Positions 51,834 through 61,658 of a DNA stretch of 64,000 bases are shown here, one piece after another. Location: positions 4,993-68,992 of the forward strand of contig CBDUQN010000007.1 in NCBI GenBank assembly GCA_965369375.1, read 5' to 3'. The notes below the pieces were generated by a model. The model ran no database searches and was not told where the DNA came from. It worked only from the letters and a program-made list of their open reading frames with translations. The translations under genes were made by a program, and so were the position numbers. The stretch's first letter is position 1; every line of letters starts with the position of its first letter. This stretch comes from an uncultured bacterium. Its GTDB lineage: Bacteria; Krumholzibacteriota; Krumholzibacteriia; Krumholzibacteriales; Krumholzibacteriaceae.

Positions 51834-52676
51834 TTACAGTTCTACCTTCTTGTGCCGGGCCGCGTGACAGTTGATATTCACGGCGACGGGAAATGACGCG
51901 ATATGCCGTGGTGCGACTTCGATGTGGACGGCGAGAGCCGTGACACGCCCGCCGAAGCCCATGGGACCGACTCCCGTGTCGTTTACGAGCCCAAGGAGCT
52001 CGGACTCGATATCGGCGTAGAATGGATCGGGATGCGTGCTCCCGATGTCTCGCAACAGGGCCTTCTTGGCGAGATAGGCGCATCGCTCGAATGTGCCGCC
52101 GATACCGACACCGACAACGATCGGCGGGCAAGGATTGCCCGACGCCGTTCGCACACTCTCCACGACGAACCGCTTGATACCCTCGACCCCGTCGGCCGGC
52201 TTCATCATGGCGATCTTGCTCATGTTTTCACTCCCGCCCCCCTTTGGAACGACCCAGAGTGTGAGACCGTCACCGGGGACTATTCTCAGATGGATCACCG
52301 CCGGGGTGTTGTCTCCCGTGTTTTTCCCTTTAACGGGATCGTCGAGAACCGACTTTCTCAAGTATCCTTCGGTGTACCCCTTGCGCACGCCCTCGTTTAT
52401 CGCTTCCTCGAAATCACCCCCGACGACATGCACATCCTGGCCGAGCTCCGCGAAGACGACCGCCAGCCCGGTATCCTGGCATATCGGCATTTTCTCGTCT
52501 CTCCCTATTTGAGAGTTCTCGAGGATCTGCCTCAACACCTCCTTGCCGGCGGGCGATTCCTCCTCCTTGAACGCCTTCTCGAGCGCAGACTGAACGTCGT
52601 CTTCGAGCTCGTAGTTGGCCTCCATCGAGAGGCGCGCTATCGCCTCGGTTATTTTCCCTGCTTCGATCTCCCTCAT
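51834..52676 (-). CDS. class I Fe-S hydro-lyase (fumarate hydratase / tartrate dehydratase) alpha subunit
   Basis: Catalytic-domain motif PICQDTGLAVVF; start trimmed to MREIEAGKI. Confidence 0.8.
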   Translation of the reverse strand: MREIEAGKITEAIARLSMEANYELEDDVQSALEKAFKEEESPAGKEVLRQILENSQIGRDEKMPICQDTGLAVVFAELGQDVHVVGGDFEEAINEGVRKGYTEGYLRKSVLDDPVKGKNTGDNTPAVIHLRIVPGDGLTLWVVPKGGGSENMSKIAMMKPADGVEGIKRFVVESVRTASGNPCPPIVVGVGIGGTFERCAYLAKKALLRDIGSTHPDPFYADIESELLGLVNDTGVGPMGFGGRVTALAVHIEVAPRHIASFPVAVNINCHAARHKKVEL

Positions 52677-52783
52677 TCCAATCCTCTCTTTCTTATGGAT
52701 TATTCCGCAGCAACAGAAATTCCGCGAAAGTCTATACAATCCTTGAATACAGCAATCAGATCTCCAGGTGTCCCGATTCCGGG

Positions 52784-53440
52784 CTACAGGGCGGGATCGA
52801 GAACGACAACCTTGAGCGAATCGGGCAGATTCTCCTTCGAGATCGTGAACCCGCTCCCACCGGCCTTTTCGACATTCTCCATCATACGCGTGAAATCATC
52901 GACCGGTGCTATGGGAAATCCAACCTTGTCCGTCTTGAAATGCATTGGAATGACGACTCTCGGATTGATCGCCTTTACGACCTCAGCGGCTGCGCGCGCA
53001 TCGATCGTGAAGTGCCCGCCCACCGGGATAAAAAGCACATCGACGCCCTGAAGTCCGGGGATATCCTCTGCGGTTACGGAATGACCGAGATCCCCCAGGT
53101 GCGCTATCCGCAGGCCTTCGACCTCTACGATCGAAATCAGGTTCTTCCCCCGTTCGGATCCTTCGGACTCATCATGAAATGTGGGAAACGACCTGACCGT
53201 CATCCCTTCCAATTCGTGATCCCCGGCGCTATCTACTACATAACCGGCTTTCGACGTGACCTCCGTGAAGCAGTGATCCGCATGATCGTGACTCACAACC
53301 GCGACATCGTAAGAGCCGGTTATCGGTCCATACGCAAGCGCGCCATCGTACGCGCCCGATTCGTAGGGATCGAATACGAGCTTTTTGCCGTTCTCGAGCA
53401 CCAGTTCGAAAGCGGCGTGACCGAGATAATTGATCTTCAC
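52784..53440 (-). CDS. MBL-fold metallo-hydrolase
   Basis: 218-aa ORF with the HDHADH metal-binding motif; GTG start preceded by a GGGGGG Shine-Dalgarno. Confidence 0.7.
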   Translation of the reverse strand: MKINYLGHAAFELVLENGKKLVFDPYESGAYDGALAYGPITGSYDVAVVSHDHADHCFTEVTSKAGYVVDSAGDHELEGMTVRSFPTFHDESEGSERGKNLISIVEVEGLRIAHLGDLGHSVTAEDIPGLQGVDVLFIPVGGHFTIDARAAAEVVKAINPRVVIPMHFKTDKVGFPIAPVDDFTRMMENVEKAGGSGFTISKENLPDSLKVVVLDPAL

Positions 53441-53454
53441 TGTCTCACCCCCCT

Positions 53455-53499
53455 AAAAAAAAGAGAACCCTTTCGGAACAACTGCTGTTCCGGGTTCTC
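53455..53499 (-). terminator. rho-independent terminator after rpmA
   Basis: Minus-strand 37-nt imperfect hairpin (GAGAACCCGGAACA-GCAGU-UGUUCCGAAAGGGUUCUC) followed by U8; about 30 nt downstream of the rpmA stop. Confidence 0.75.
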
Positions 53500-53531
53500 C
53501 ATGTCAATCAGTCATACGTTAACCAGGCCCG

Positions 53532-53786
53532 TCAATGGGCATTCACGTGCACTTTTTTCTTGGATTTGCCGAAGCGCTCGTATTTAACGACTCCATCGAT
53601 GAGAGCGTACAGGGTATCGTCTCTTCCCTTGCCGACGTTCAGTCCGGGATGGATCTTGGTTCCCCGCTGACGAATGATGATGCTTCCGGCCGTCACGACC
53701 TGCCCGGCGTATCTCTTCACACCGAGCCGTTTCGCGTTGCTGTCCCGGCCGTTCTTCGAGCTTCCTACGCCCTTCTTATGTGCCAT
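53532..53786 (-). CDS. rpmA: 50S ribosomal protein L27
   Basis: 84-aa ORF with [16 protein letters not shown]. Confidence 0.95.
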   Translation of the reverse strand: MAHKKGVGSSKNGRDSNAKRLGVKRYAGQVVTAGSIIIRQRGTKIHPGLNVGKGRDDTLYALIDGVVKYERFGKSKKKVHVNAH

Positions 53787-53815
53787 ACTCGCATCAGCTC
53801 CTCGGGAGTGCCCAA

Positions 53816-54127
53816 CTAGGTGGACATCTTCATGATCTTGAGCAGGGTATATCCCTGACGATGCCCCTTTTTACGCCGGTAGTTCTTGCGGCGTTTCATC
53901 TTGAAAACAATGATCTTGTCTTCACGCCCGTGCTCGAGAACTTCGGCGGTTATCTTGACATCATCGAGGCTCGGCCGCCCGACGCGGACATCCTTGCCGT
54001 CAGAGAAAAGCAGTACATCATCGCACTGAATGACGCTCCCCACCTCGGCATCGAGACGAGGGACCTCGACCTGCTCGTCCGGTTTGACCGTCACCTGTTT
54101 TCCGGCCAATCTCACGACCGCGTACAC
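53816..54127 (-). CDS. rplU: 50S ribosomal protein L21
   Basis: 103 aa from a GTG start ([11 protein letters not shown]) with a GGGAGG Shine-Dalgarno 6 nt upstream; the track ORF has a 33-codon N-terminal extension. Confidence 0.9.
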   Translation of the reverse strand: MYAVVRLAGKQVTVKPDEQVEVPRLDAEVGSVIQCDDVLLFSDGKDVRVGRPSLDDVKITAEVLEHGREDKIIVFKMKRRKNYRRKKGHRQGYTLLKIMKMST

Positions 54128-54240
54128 CGTTGAACCTCCCTTACATACTGGAAGTGAACTATATTGATAGCAAACGGCTCGGTCCAAGTCAAGCCAAAAA
54201 AATCCCGCATATTGATTGCCGAACACCGGACGGCAGCGGC

Positions 54241-54281
54241 TTTATTTAAAAAGAAAGGGAGGGGGCTTCGAGCCCCCTCCC
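54241..54281 (-). terminator. rho-independent terminator after the S8 protease gene
   Basis: Perfect 11-bp GC-rich stem (GGGAGGGGGCU-UCG-AGCCCCCUCCC) followed on the minus strand by UUUCUUUUUAAAUAAA; lies between the protease stop (54317) and the rplU promoter region. Confidence 0.8.
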
Positions 54282-54316
54282 TTTGCGGCTCAGAACCGTT
54301 CGATATGTACGTCGAA

Positions 54317-56902
54317 CTATCTCATGAGCACCATTTTCTTGGTTTCGACAAAGGACCCGGCGTTGAGCTTGTAGAAATAGATGCCGGATGCAACGGCAGC
54401 GCCGTTGTTATCCTTGCCGTTCCAGTTCACGGCATGGAGACCCTCTGTCTTGTGTCCGTCGACGAGCGTCCTCACGAGCTTTCCGGCGGCATCGTAGATA
54501 TTGAGATTCACAAAGCCGGCAGTCGGGATCTGGAAGCTGATCGACGTGCTCGGGTTGAACGGATTCGGATAGTTCTGGCCGAGCTTGTAAGTAAGCGCAG
54601 GAGTCTCGTCATGCGTTTCGGGATTGAATCCCGGGTCGAGTCTCAGAACGTGATGATTGCCACAATTATCATCGTATTCGACATCGAACCATACATTGAA
54701 GCTGCCGCCCGGGTGAGCGGTCAGATCGAATACGTAATCATCTGTGTTCCAGGAACTACCCCCCCTGGGTATATTGCCGTAGACACCATCCGGATCGGGT
54801 ATAACGAGCCACGGGATATCCGAGTTCATCCTTGCGGTAACGTTGAAGGCGTCGCCCGGCCCGTTGTTGGTCATCGCCACCTGCACCGTCCAGAGCGGGG
54901 GTGCCCAGGAAACCTCACGGTAGCCGACGAGTGTCAGCATAGCGAGCTCAGGTTCGCACACCTCGCATGTTTCCTGAATGCTGAATACGCCGTTGCTCAT
55001 ATCCGAGGGATCGCCATCGGCGTCTGTTATCCGGACGAGGCAGTTTGTGGAAATGTCGCCTGGAATGGTCCATGGTTCGGAGCCGTCGTCGGCGGTATTG
55101 TCGAAGGCCAACGTCCAAGCCGCTCCGCCGTTCGTCGTGTACTCGATATCGACGAGACCGCTCGTGCCGCTCGACGACCACATGATATTGTGAACGCTGC
55201 CGATTTCCCAGCACTCTCCACCGTTCGGTGCTGTGACCGTTATGGACTCCTCTCCCGGGCAGGGATCGGTCGGCGAACCCATGTCGAGCTTGCCCCATCC
55301 CCACTCGTTGTCCTTGCCAGCGGGAGCCACATCGATCGCGCGGCCCTCGAGGAAGTCCCGCACATCATCGACATCCATCGTGGGACAGGCCTCCATCACG
55401 AGCGCCGCCGCGCCCGCCACATGGGGCGCCGCAGCCGAGGTGCCGCCGAAGCACCCGGTCGAGATCGATATGTCCACACAGGAGGGACCTACGATATCCG
55501 GCTTTATCCTGCCGTCGAGCGTCGGCCCGAACGAGCTGTAATTATCCACGCTCGTGGCCGCCGCCCAGCCGGACTGGTGTCTGGCACCGACGGCGAAGCA
55601 GCCCGCCGCATCGGCCGGCAGGGAAAAGCTGCTCGCCGAATGTCTGTATTCCGACCGGTATCCGACGGTGTAAAATTTCAGCTGCGCGTTCCCCGTGCCG
55701 CCGGCCCGCTGGATCTTGATGTAATACTGGCCGGTGACAGGAATCGTCGTTTCGATTGCTTCTACACCCGGTTCCACACCGGTCTGGGGATTTGTCGAGG
55801 AGGCAACCGCCCCGGCAACACCGACTCTGTACAGATAAAGGTCGTAATCCACCGTCGTCGTCGGCCAGCCCCAGAACAGGTAGATGTCTATGCCCCAACC
55901 AGCCTGAAGCGTTGTTGTTGAACCATCATAGTTGGAGAGATTGTTGCTCTCATCGGTACCCGAGAAATTGTGCCAGCCGTCCGCATCGCCATCGGCAAAC
56001 ATATCCATGTAATGATAGTTCTGATTGTTCCCCGCGCTCTTGACGAAGAGGATCCCATTGGTATGCGCGTCGTTGACGATATCGCAGAGCGGCCCTGTTC
56101 CGTCATATCCGCCGGCGTTGTAGAATCCGAGGGACATGTTGATGATATCAATGCCGTTGGTAACGCAGTAATTCTTTGCAGCCATGAGATCCGACTCGTC
56201 ACCGATGCGCAGCAGATACAGATCGACATCGGGAGCCATGTCTATGAGGATATCGGTGACGTTGGTTCCATGCCAATCTCCAGCATAACAGTTTCCACCA
56301 TCATAGAACATCGGCACACCGAAGACTTGCTTCGTATTGGGAGTTGGAATGTCATTGGTACCTTCCGCATCACACGTCCAATGGAAGCCGCCATCGATTA
56401 CCGCAACACTCACACCCGAGCCTGTGAATCCGGCTGTATGCCAGACATTGGCATTGGTCCGCACGACACCCTCACTCGTAGCGGATCCCGTTTCAGGATG
56501 CGGTTTCATCGGCTTGCGTATGAACCGCACGCCATCCAGCTCACCGGCCATCCTGCGAAGCGCGTCGATCGGCGCCAGCACACGCCAGAAGTCATCGTGC
56601 CGTCTCTCGACCTCGACGCCGTACCGCTGCAGAACGGCCTCATCCGGTGTCATTCCCGGCATGAGATCGAGCATGACTCGAACCTTGTTATCCTTGACGA
56701 TCAGCCCTCTCGTTTCGATCAGTGTCTCGTTCGCCGTCAGGGCTCCGCGCTCGTAATTATCGTTCAATTCCTTCAGCACACTTGCCAGCTTCGGCACCTT
56801 GGCCCCGGCCTTTTCCAGCTCGTCGGCCGTAATGCTCGTAAAGGAAAAGAGGGCGACAATCGCGAGGGCGGTGATCAGAAGACACCACTTTTTGCTAACC
56901 AT
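54317..56902 (-). CDS. S8 family (subtilisin-like) serine peptidase with T9SS C-terminal sorting domain
   Basis: Signal peptide, Asp/His/Ser triad motifs (AVIDGGF, HGTNVTD, GTSAAAPHVAGAAAL) and a C-terminal roughly 80-aa Por-secretion tail (YPNPFNPSTSISF...GIYFYKL...KKMVLMR); GAGGGGG Shine-Dalgarno before the ATG. Confidence 0.85.
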   Translation of the reverse strand: MVSKKWCLLITALAIVALFSFTSITADELEKAGAKVPKLASVLKELNDNYERGALTANETLIETRGLIVKDNKVRVMLDLMPGMTPDEAVLQRYGVEVERRHDDFWRVLAPIDALRRMAGELDGVRFIRKPMKPHPETGSATSEGVVRTNANVWHTAGFTGSGVSVAVIDGGFHWTCDAEGTNDIPTPNTKQVFGVPMFYDGGNCYAGDWHGTNVTDILIDMAPDVDLYLLRIGDESDLMAAKNYCVTNGIDIINMSLGFYNAGGYDGTGPLCDIVNDAHTNGILFVKSAGNNQNYHYMDMFADGDADGWHNFSGTDESNNLSNYDGSTTTLQAGWGIDIYLFWGWPTTTVDYDLYLYRVGVAGAVASSTNPQTGVEPGVEAIETTIPVTGQYYIKIQRAGGTGNAQLKFYTVGYRSEYRHSASSFSLPADAAGCFAVGARHQSGWAAATSVDNYSSFGPTLDGRIKPDIVGPSCVDISISTGCFGGTSAAAPHVAGAAALVMEACPTMDVDDVRDFLEGRAIDVAPAGKDNEWGWGKLDMGSPTDPCPGEESITVTAPNGGECWEIGSVHNIMWSSSGTSGLVDIEYTTNGGAAWTLAFDNTADDGSEPWTIPGDISTNCLVRITDADGDPSDMSNGVFSIQETCEVCEPELAMLTLVGYREVSWAPPLWTVQVAMTNNGPGDAFNVTARMNSDIPWLVIPDPDGVYGNIPRGGSSWNTDDYVFDLTAHPGGSFNVWFDVEYDDNCGNHHVLRLDPGFNPETHDETPALTYKLGQNYPNPFNPSTSISFQIPTAGFVNLNIYDAAGKLVRTLVDGHKTEGLHAVNWNGKDNNGAAVASGIYFYKLNAGSFVETKKMVLMR

Positions 56903-56940
56903 TTATACTTACCCCCTCATTTCTGTGAATGTAACGTTCA

Positions 56941-56960
56941 TAGCAAAGCATTCTTTGCTA
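56941..56960. promoter_or_regulatory. 8-N4-8 inverted repeat TAGCAAAG-CATT-CTTTGCTA about 40 bp upstream of the S8 protease start codon
   Basis: Perfect 8-bp arms read directly from the sequence; operator-like position within the presumed promoter. Confidence 0.4.
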
Positions 56961-57492
56961 TTCATTAATTAATGAGAATCCAACAATCTTCCGCGAAAAG
57001 AATGGAGTCAGGTCGGACCGCAGGCGCTCACCCCCCCTTCCCGCACCAGGGTTGCTGTTGTAGATTACTTTTAGAGACTTGGAATTTGGACAGGAATTGA
57101 AATAGAGAGCAGAAAGTGTGAACTCCATAGATAGCCCAATTCATACTGCATATCCATAAATGCAGCGCTTTTTGAACACAGTTATATCTACCGCTTCAAA
57201 CCGCTGGAATCTAACTCTTAGGATATATACATCGAACCAGCAAAGCAGTTGTACTGCTATATCAGTCTCTCGAAAAAGCGGAACCTAGCCGTTGCCGCCG
57301 GTCGGTGGATTAAACGAAAGAAGCGTTATATCTTTCAGGTTCTCGTGCTTCTTCACCTCTGGCTTGGTGTATTCTTTTTTTTCTTCTTTCTTCAAAACAT
57401 CTCCTCCCCTGAGTGTTTGGTGCGTTAGTAGAATAATTTATGATTTACCAGAGTTGAATTCTATCACATATAGGGCTCTCGAGTCAATAGCG

Positions 57493-57536
57493 TTTTTAGA
57501 TATTTTTTAGATATATATTTTTAGATATATATAAAA
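57493..57536. repeat. three tandem AT-rich direct repeats TTTTTAGATAT(ATAT)
   Basis: The run cgTTTTTAGATATtTTTTAGATATATAtTTTTAGATATATATAAAATC, read directly from the sequence, lies 65-110 nt beyond the kinase stop within a 700-bp AT-rich non-coding gap. Confidence 0.6.
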
Positions 57537-57601
57537 TCACGAATGTGTGGATAAGGACGGGAATTTCCCAGGGCAACTGAGGTTATAGCGAAAATCGCCC
57601 A

Positions 57602-60058
57602 TTATTTTACTGAATTTTCTTTTGTCATCTCTAAATATTTCTCAAATCTCGGATCGCTCCTGATAAATTCGAGATCGCCGTCGTTTGCGAGAAGCTCATG
57701 ATCATTGAATCCAGATTCGATAGCCTCCTCGAGATACCTAAACGCCCCGTCCGCTTCATGTAACAGCGAATGGATGCATACCATATCCAGGAGGTTATAC
57801 GGGTTGCGATTGATTTGCAGCGCCTTCTCTTCCGTGCCGGTCGCATCAGCCTTGCTACCCGTCCTCGCATAGGCATACGCGAGAGATGTGAGTGCCCAAG
57901 CGTTTTGCGGATATATTTCGACGGAACGTTGCAGTGCGGATATCGCCTTGTCGTACAAATCATTACCGGTGTATGCGCGCCCCAGGTGAAAGTAGATCCA
58001 TGCGTTGTTGGATTCGAGGCGAACCGCATTTTCGAGGTATTTTATCGACTCGTCAAACATGCCCTTTCCGTTATAGGCCCTCCCGAGAGACAGGTACCCC
58101 ATCGCATACGTCGAATCGATGTCGACGAGCCGCCAGGCGGTTTCAATGACCTTGTCATACTCTCTCATATTCAAATAGATAGTAATGATATTATTGAGCG
58201 GCAAGACAAATTGCGGGTCTATTCTCAGGGCTTCATCGTACGCAGCGAGCGCCTCATCGTATTTGCCGGCCCGCTGATAGGTCCATCCCAGATTATTTTG
58301 TGCGCCGACGTAGTCCGGATACATCTCGAGCAGTGTCTTATAGTTCTGGATCGCTTTCTTGAAATCGGATTCCACCAGGTTGTAATATTCAGCGAGGATT
58401 TTGTATTTTTCCCGCTCCGTCAGATTATCGATATACCTGACGGCCTTCGTGTAATACTCGATCGCCTTTTCCCGCTCACCATTGTTATCGCAGAGCGTTC
58501 CCAGCGCAGCATATGCGGAAGCGAACGTGGAATCCAGCTCTATTGCGTTGTGTAAGAATATCTTCACCTCGTTCCAGTCCAGGGGACGCAGGTGCTTCTC
58601 GACACCCAACGCGTACTGCTCGAGCGCCGCGAGCGATGATGTCGTCACTTTCGGAAGACTCTTGTCGTTCTCTTCAATCGACTCGAGTGATTCTCCGAGA
58701 TCCTTCCTTATCTCTCTCGTCAATCGATCGACGGCGCTTTTGAGAACCTCGTCTCGCCCGGTCACCGTGACCCGGATGGGATTCAAGCGCCGCCCTCGGC
58801 CGACATCGACCATTGATGCGCTCAAGCTGTATGTCTCGCCGACCCGGGAAATCGTCGGCACGAGCATCGCCTTGACACCTTCCCGCTTGCAGATCTCCAG
58901 CCCGAGCGATTCATCGATCGCTGTTACGTCGTTTTTTTCCATCCGCCTCAGGGTCTGCTTTATTCTCGTCCTATCGAATACGTTGACCCATCTCGACTGC
59001 TGCATATCGATGGCGATCGCTTCGTTGAGAGCTTTGTCAAATACCTCCTCATCCGTGTGATTTTCGATCGATGTGATCAGAAGCCAGTCTCTCTCATCGA
59101 AGGAGAAACTTTCGCCGGAACGATAAAATAAAATCACCAGTATCACGCACGCCGCTATGATTACCGACGTCACGAAAGCAGGATGCCTGAATAGTGAACG
59201 TTTCTTGCCCGGTTTAACCGGCGCATGATGAGCCGCTCCCGATTCGATCGCTTTCCGGATACGATGAAGATCGGTCAAGATCTCATCTGCGTGCTGGTAC
59301 CTCTCCGCGGGATCCTTCGCAAGCAATTTATTGACGAGCATTTCCAGTTCGAGCGGGACGCCGGATCGGATACCTGTAATTTGTGCCGGCTCTTCATATA
59401 TGATCGAATAGATCATCGCCTGTTCGTACTCACTCTTGAAGGGCGGCCTTCCGGCAAGACACTCATAGAGCACGATACCGAGCGACCATAAATCAGTTCT
59501 ATGGTCTATCTCCTCACCCTGCGCCTGTTCGGGTGACATATATGATATCGTCCCGAGGGTCGTGCCCGACTTGGTCAATTTCGTCGCATCCGGTAACTTA
59601 GCGAGCCCGAAATCGGTAATCTTCACCTGCCCCTTCGAGGTCAGCAGGATATTTCCGGGCTTGATATCCCGATGGACGATGCCCTTCTCATGGGCCTCCT
59701 GAATACCCTCGGTGACCTGAGTCGCTATATCGAGGACCTCTTCGATCTTCAGAGGTCCCGACTCGATCCTTTCCTTGAGACTCTGTCCTTCCACGAAGGC
59801 CATGACGATAAACGTGCGGTCATCGATCTCCTCGATTTCGTAAACAGTGCAGATATTGGGATGATCCAATGCAGCGGCGGCCTGCGCTTCATGGACAAAA
59901 CGCTTCGTCTCTTCTCTGCTGCCGATAGCCTGCGCAGATAGGAATTTCAATGCGACGGTGCGTTTGAGCTTCAAATCTTCGGCCCGATATACAACACCCA
60001 TTCCACCCTCCCCTATCTTCGAGAGGACCTTATAGTGAGCAAACGTTTCTCCTATCAT
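57602..60058 (-). CDS. Ser/Thr protein kinase with TM segment and C-terminal TPR repeats
   Basis: Hanks kinase motifs (GEGGMGVVY, VALK, HRDIKPGNILL, DFGLAK, SPEQ), a single TM segment, then multiple TPR-like repeats; start set at MIGETFAHYKVL, which has a GTGAGGT Shine-Dalgarno. Confidence 0.85.
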   Translation of the reverse strand: MIGETFAHYKVLSKIGEGGMGVVYRAEDLKLKRTVALKFLSAQAIGSREETKRFVHEAQAAAALDHPNICTVYEIEEIDDRTFIVMAFVEGQSLKERIESGPLKIEEVLDIATQVTEGIQEAHEKGIVHRDIKPGNILLTSKGQVKITDFGLAKLPDATKLTKSGTTLGTISYMSPEQAQGEEIDHRTDLWSLGIVLYECLAGRPPFKSEYEQAMIYSIIYEEPAQITGIRSGVPLELEMLVNKLLAKDPAERYQHADEILTDLHRIRKAIESGAAHHAPVKPGKKRSLFRHPAFVTSVIIAACVILVILFYRSGESFSFDERDWLLITSIENHTDEEVFDKALNEAIAIDMQQSRWVNVFDRTRIKQTLRRMEKNDVTAIDESLGLEICKREGVKAMLVPTISRVGETYSLSASMVDVGRGRRLNPIRVTVTGRDEVLKSAVDRLTREIRKDLGESLESIEENDKSLPKVTTSSLAALEQYALGVEKHLRPLDWNEVKIFLHNAIELDSTFASAYAALGTLCDNNGEREKAIEYYTKAVRYIDNLTEREKYKILAEYYNLVESDFKKAIQNYKTLLEMYPDYVGAQNNLGWTYQRAGKYDEALAAYDEALRIDPQFVLPLNNIITIYLNMREYDKVIETAWRLVDIDSTYAMGYLSLGRAYNGKGMFDESIKYLENAVRLESNNAWIYFHLGRAYTGNDLYDKAISALQRSVEIYPQNAWALTSLAYAYARTGSKADATGTEEKALQINRNPYNLLDMVCIHSLLHEADGAFRYLEEAIESGFNDHELLANDGDLEFIRSDPRFEKYLEMTKENSVK

Positions 60059-60167
60059 GATGACCTCACTGAAAGTCGATGGGTGGGAACATTCATGCAA
60101 TCAGGCAAATCCTACATGGATAATCGATATTTTGCAAGAGCAGGTAGCCGCTTGTTTATCTTCGTAT

Positions 60168-60968
60168 TTATCTAATCAATACCAATTTTTTCGTCACGTG
60201 CAGATTTCCGGCTCTCAGCGTGCAATAATAAACACCCGGAACAACCCTATTGCCATTGCCGTCCAAACCGTCCCATGCCAGGACATTCACCGATGTTTCT
60301 CGCCGCGGCCGCAACAGCTCCCTCACGAGCTTGCCCGTGCTGTTATATATCGATATGATAGCTTGTGATCTATTCGAAGAATAATATTGAATATATGTAG
60401 TCGTTGAAAACGGATTGGGGAAAGAAGTTAAATCCAATATTACGTCATCGGGGATATTGATATGCTCAAAGCCCGCAGTAACCGAGACCGAAACAATCCC
60501 GTCGACGGCCCGCACGTCGGGTACTTCCTCAAGATCCCTGAATAAGTTACAACTCTTGAAATCAAGAATACTGTACCCTTCGTTCGCAGCCCGGAATGTG
60601 ATATCCACCAGGCACCCGGGACCATCGACATAGCTGCCCGTACCCAGAATCAAATTATCGACATGAATGCTGTCATCCGTAGACAGTACCGACCAGAATG
60701 TCGAGAAACCGCTATCTCTAAAGAGAGCTCCTTCGGTAACACTGACGACTTCGAGCGAGGTTTCATCGTAATCGACAATGATCTCAAAGGCCGTTATGCT
60801 GTCAACGGGAGAAACTTCGATCGAAAGGAGAAAGAGGCTGTCGGGATTTACATAGGTCAGACGAGGATTGAAACAGACTTCGATGAATTGCTCCGAACCG
60901 AAGAGTTCGGCCGGCAAAAATATAAAAAATATCAGAACAGCGCAGTTGCAAAATTTCTTATATGTCAT
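60168..60968 (-). CDS. secreted T9SS C-terminal-domain protein, cohesin-like N-terminal domain
   Basis: Signal peptide, an N-terminal roughly 140-aa beta-sandwich-like region (…ITAFEIIVDYDETSLEVVSVTEGALF…) and a Por-secretion tail (SFPNPFSTTTYIQYY...VYYCTL...KKLVLIR). Confidence 0.5.
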   Translation of the reverse strand: MTYKKFCNCAVLIFFIFLPAELFGSEQFIEVCFNPRLTYVNPDSLFLLSIEVSPVDSITAFEIIVDYDETSLEVVSVTEGALFRDSGFSTFWSVLSTDDSIHVDNLILGTGSYVDGPGCLVDITFRAANEGYSILDFKSCNLFRDLEEVPDVRAVDGIVSVSVTAGFEHINIPDDVILDLTSFPNPFSTTTYIQYYSSNRSQAIISIYNSTGKLVRELLRPRRETSVNVLAWDGLDGNGNRVVPGVYYCTLRAGNLHVTKKLVLIR

Positions 60969-60985
60969 CCCTCAGGGCACAGCTA

Positions 60986-61585
60986 TTACTTAAACAGTGT
61001 CTTTATCGCCCCCCATGTATAATCCTCGGTCGGCACGAGTGTCCCTTGCAATGACGCAGTGATTTCAGCGGGGAAATACGACACATCGCTCACGACGGCG
61101 AGCGTGCCGCCCACAAAGAGCTCTATAATAGTGTTCTCGGGAACACTCATTATATTGAAATGAAAGCTGAATAGATGGACGCTGCCATCCGGCGCACAGG
61201 CTTCATCGGAACCCGATATCGATTCAACCACCTCGGTGCTCATTCCATCACCGGCCAGCGTTTCCCAGTATACGCTGCTGCAGCCGGCAACAGGGAAATC
61301 ATCACCATTGTCGAATATAGCGCCGAGGTACTGAGCATAGGCCATATCCCCCATCACGACGTTGAACTGAATAGTCACATCGTATGAGTCGAGATTCAGG
61401 ATGTTGACGGCATACACATCGCAATAAATTTCCCCGGGCGAGCCCATGATCCTGACATCCTGAAAACCCGGCGTCGCAGGGTCCATATCTATTGCAAAGC
61501 AGGGTTCCTGCGCAAGCACGGGAGATGTAAATGCAAAGAGCGCCAGGATTATCAAAAGATATTTCAAACGCATTGTAACCATCAC
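60986..61585 (-). CDS. secreted hypothetical protein (possible cohesin-like fold), no T9SS tail
   Basis: 199-aa ORF with a signal peptide and predicted cleavage VLA|QEP; weak similarity to the N-terminal domain of the neighbouring 266-aa protein. Confidence 0.4.
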   Translation of the reverse strand: MMVTMRLKYLLIILALFAFTSPVLAQEPCFAIDMDPATPGFQDVRIMGSPGEIYCDVYAVNILNLDSYDVTIQFNVVMGDMAYAQYLGAIFDNGDDFPVAGCSSVYWETLAGDGMSTEVVESISGSDEACAPDGSVHLFSFHFNIMSVPENTIIELFVGGTLAVVSDVSYFPAEITASLQGTLVPTEDYTWGAIKTLFK

Positions 61586-61658
61586 TTTTCTCTCCTGATT
61601 TACTGAATTCTAATTATATAATTTATGGCTTTGAAACGATCCGATCACCCCCTTTTCG

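Noticed and set aside
57292-57510. 72-aa hydrophobic ORF (TTG start) in the AT-rich gap
   Set aside because: It has no Shine-Dalgarno and no conserved motif, and it overlaps the AT-repeat element. It is probably chance, although a small membrane peptide cannot be fully excluded.
57493-57536. Possible CRISPR or mini-array from the tandem TTTTTAGATAT units
   Set aside because: The units are only 11-16 bp, there are no unique spacers, and there are only three copies. This is not a CRISPR array.
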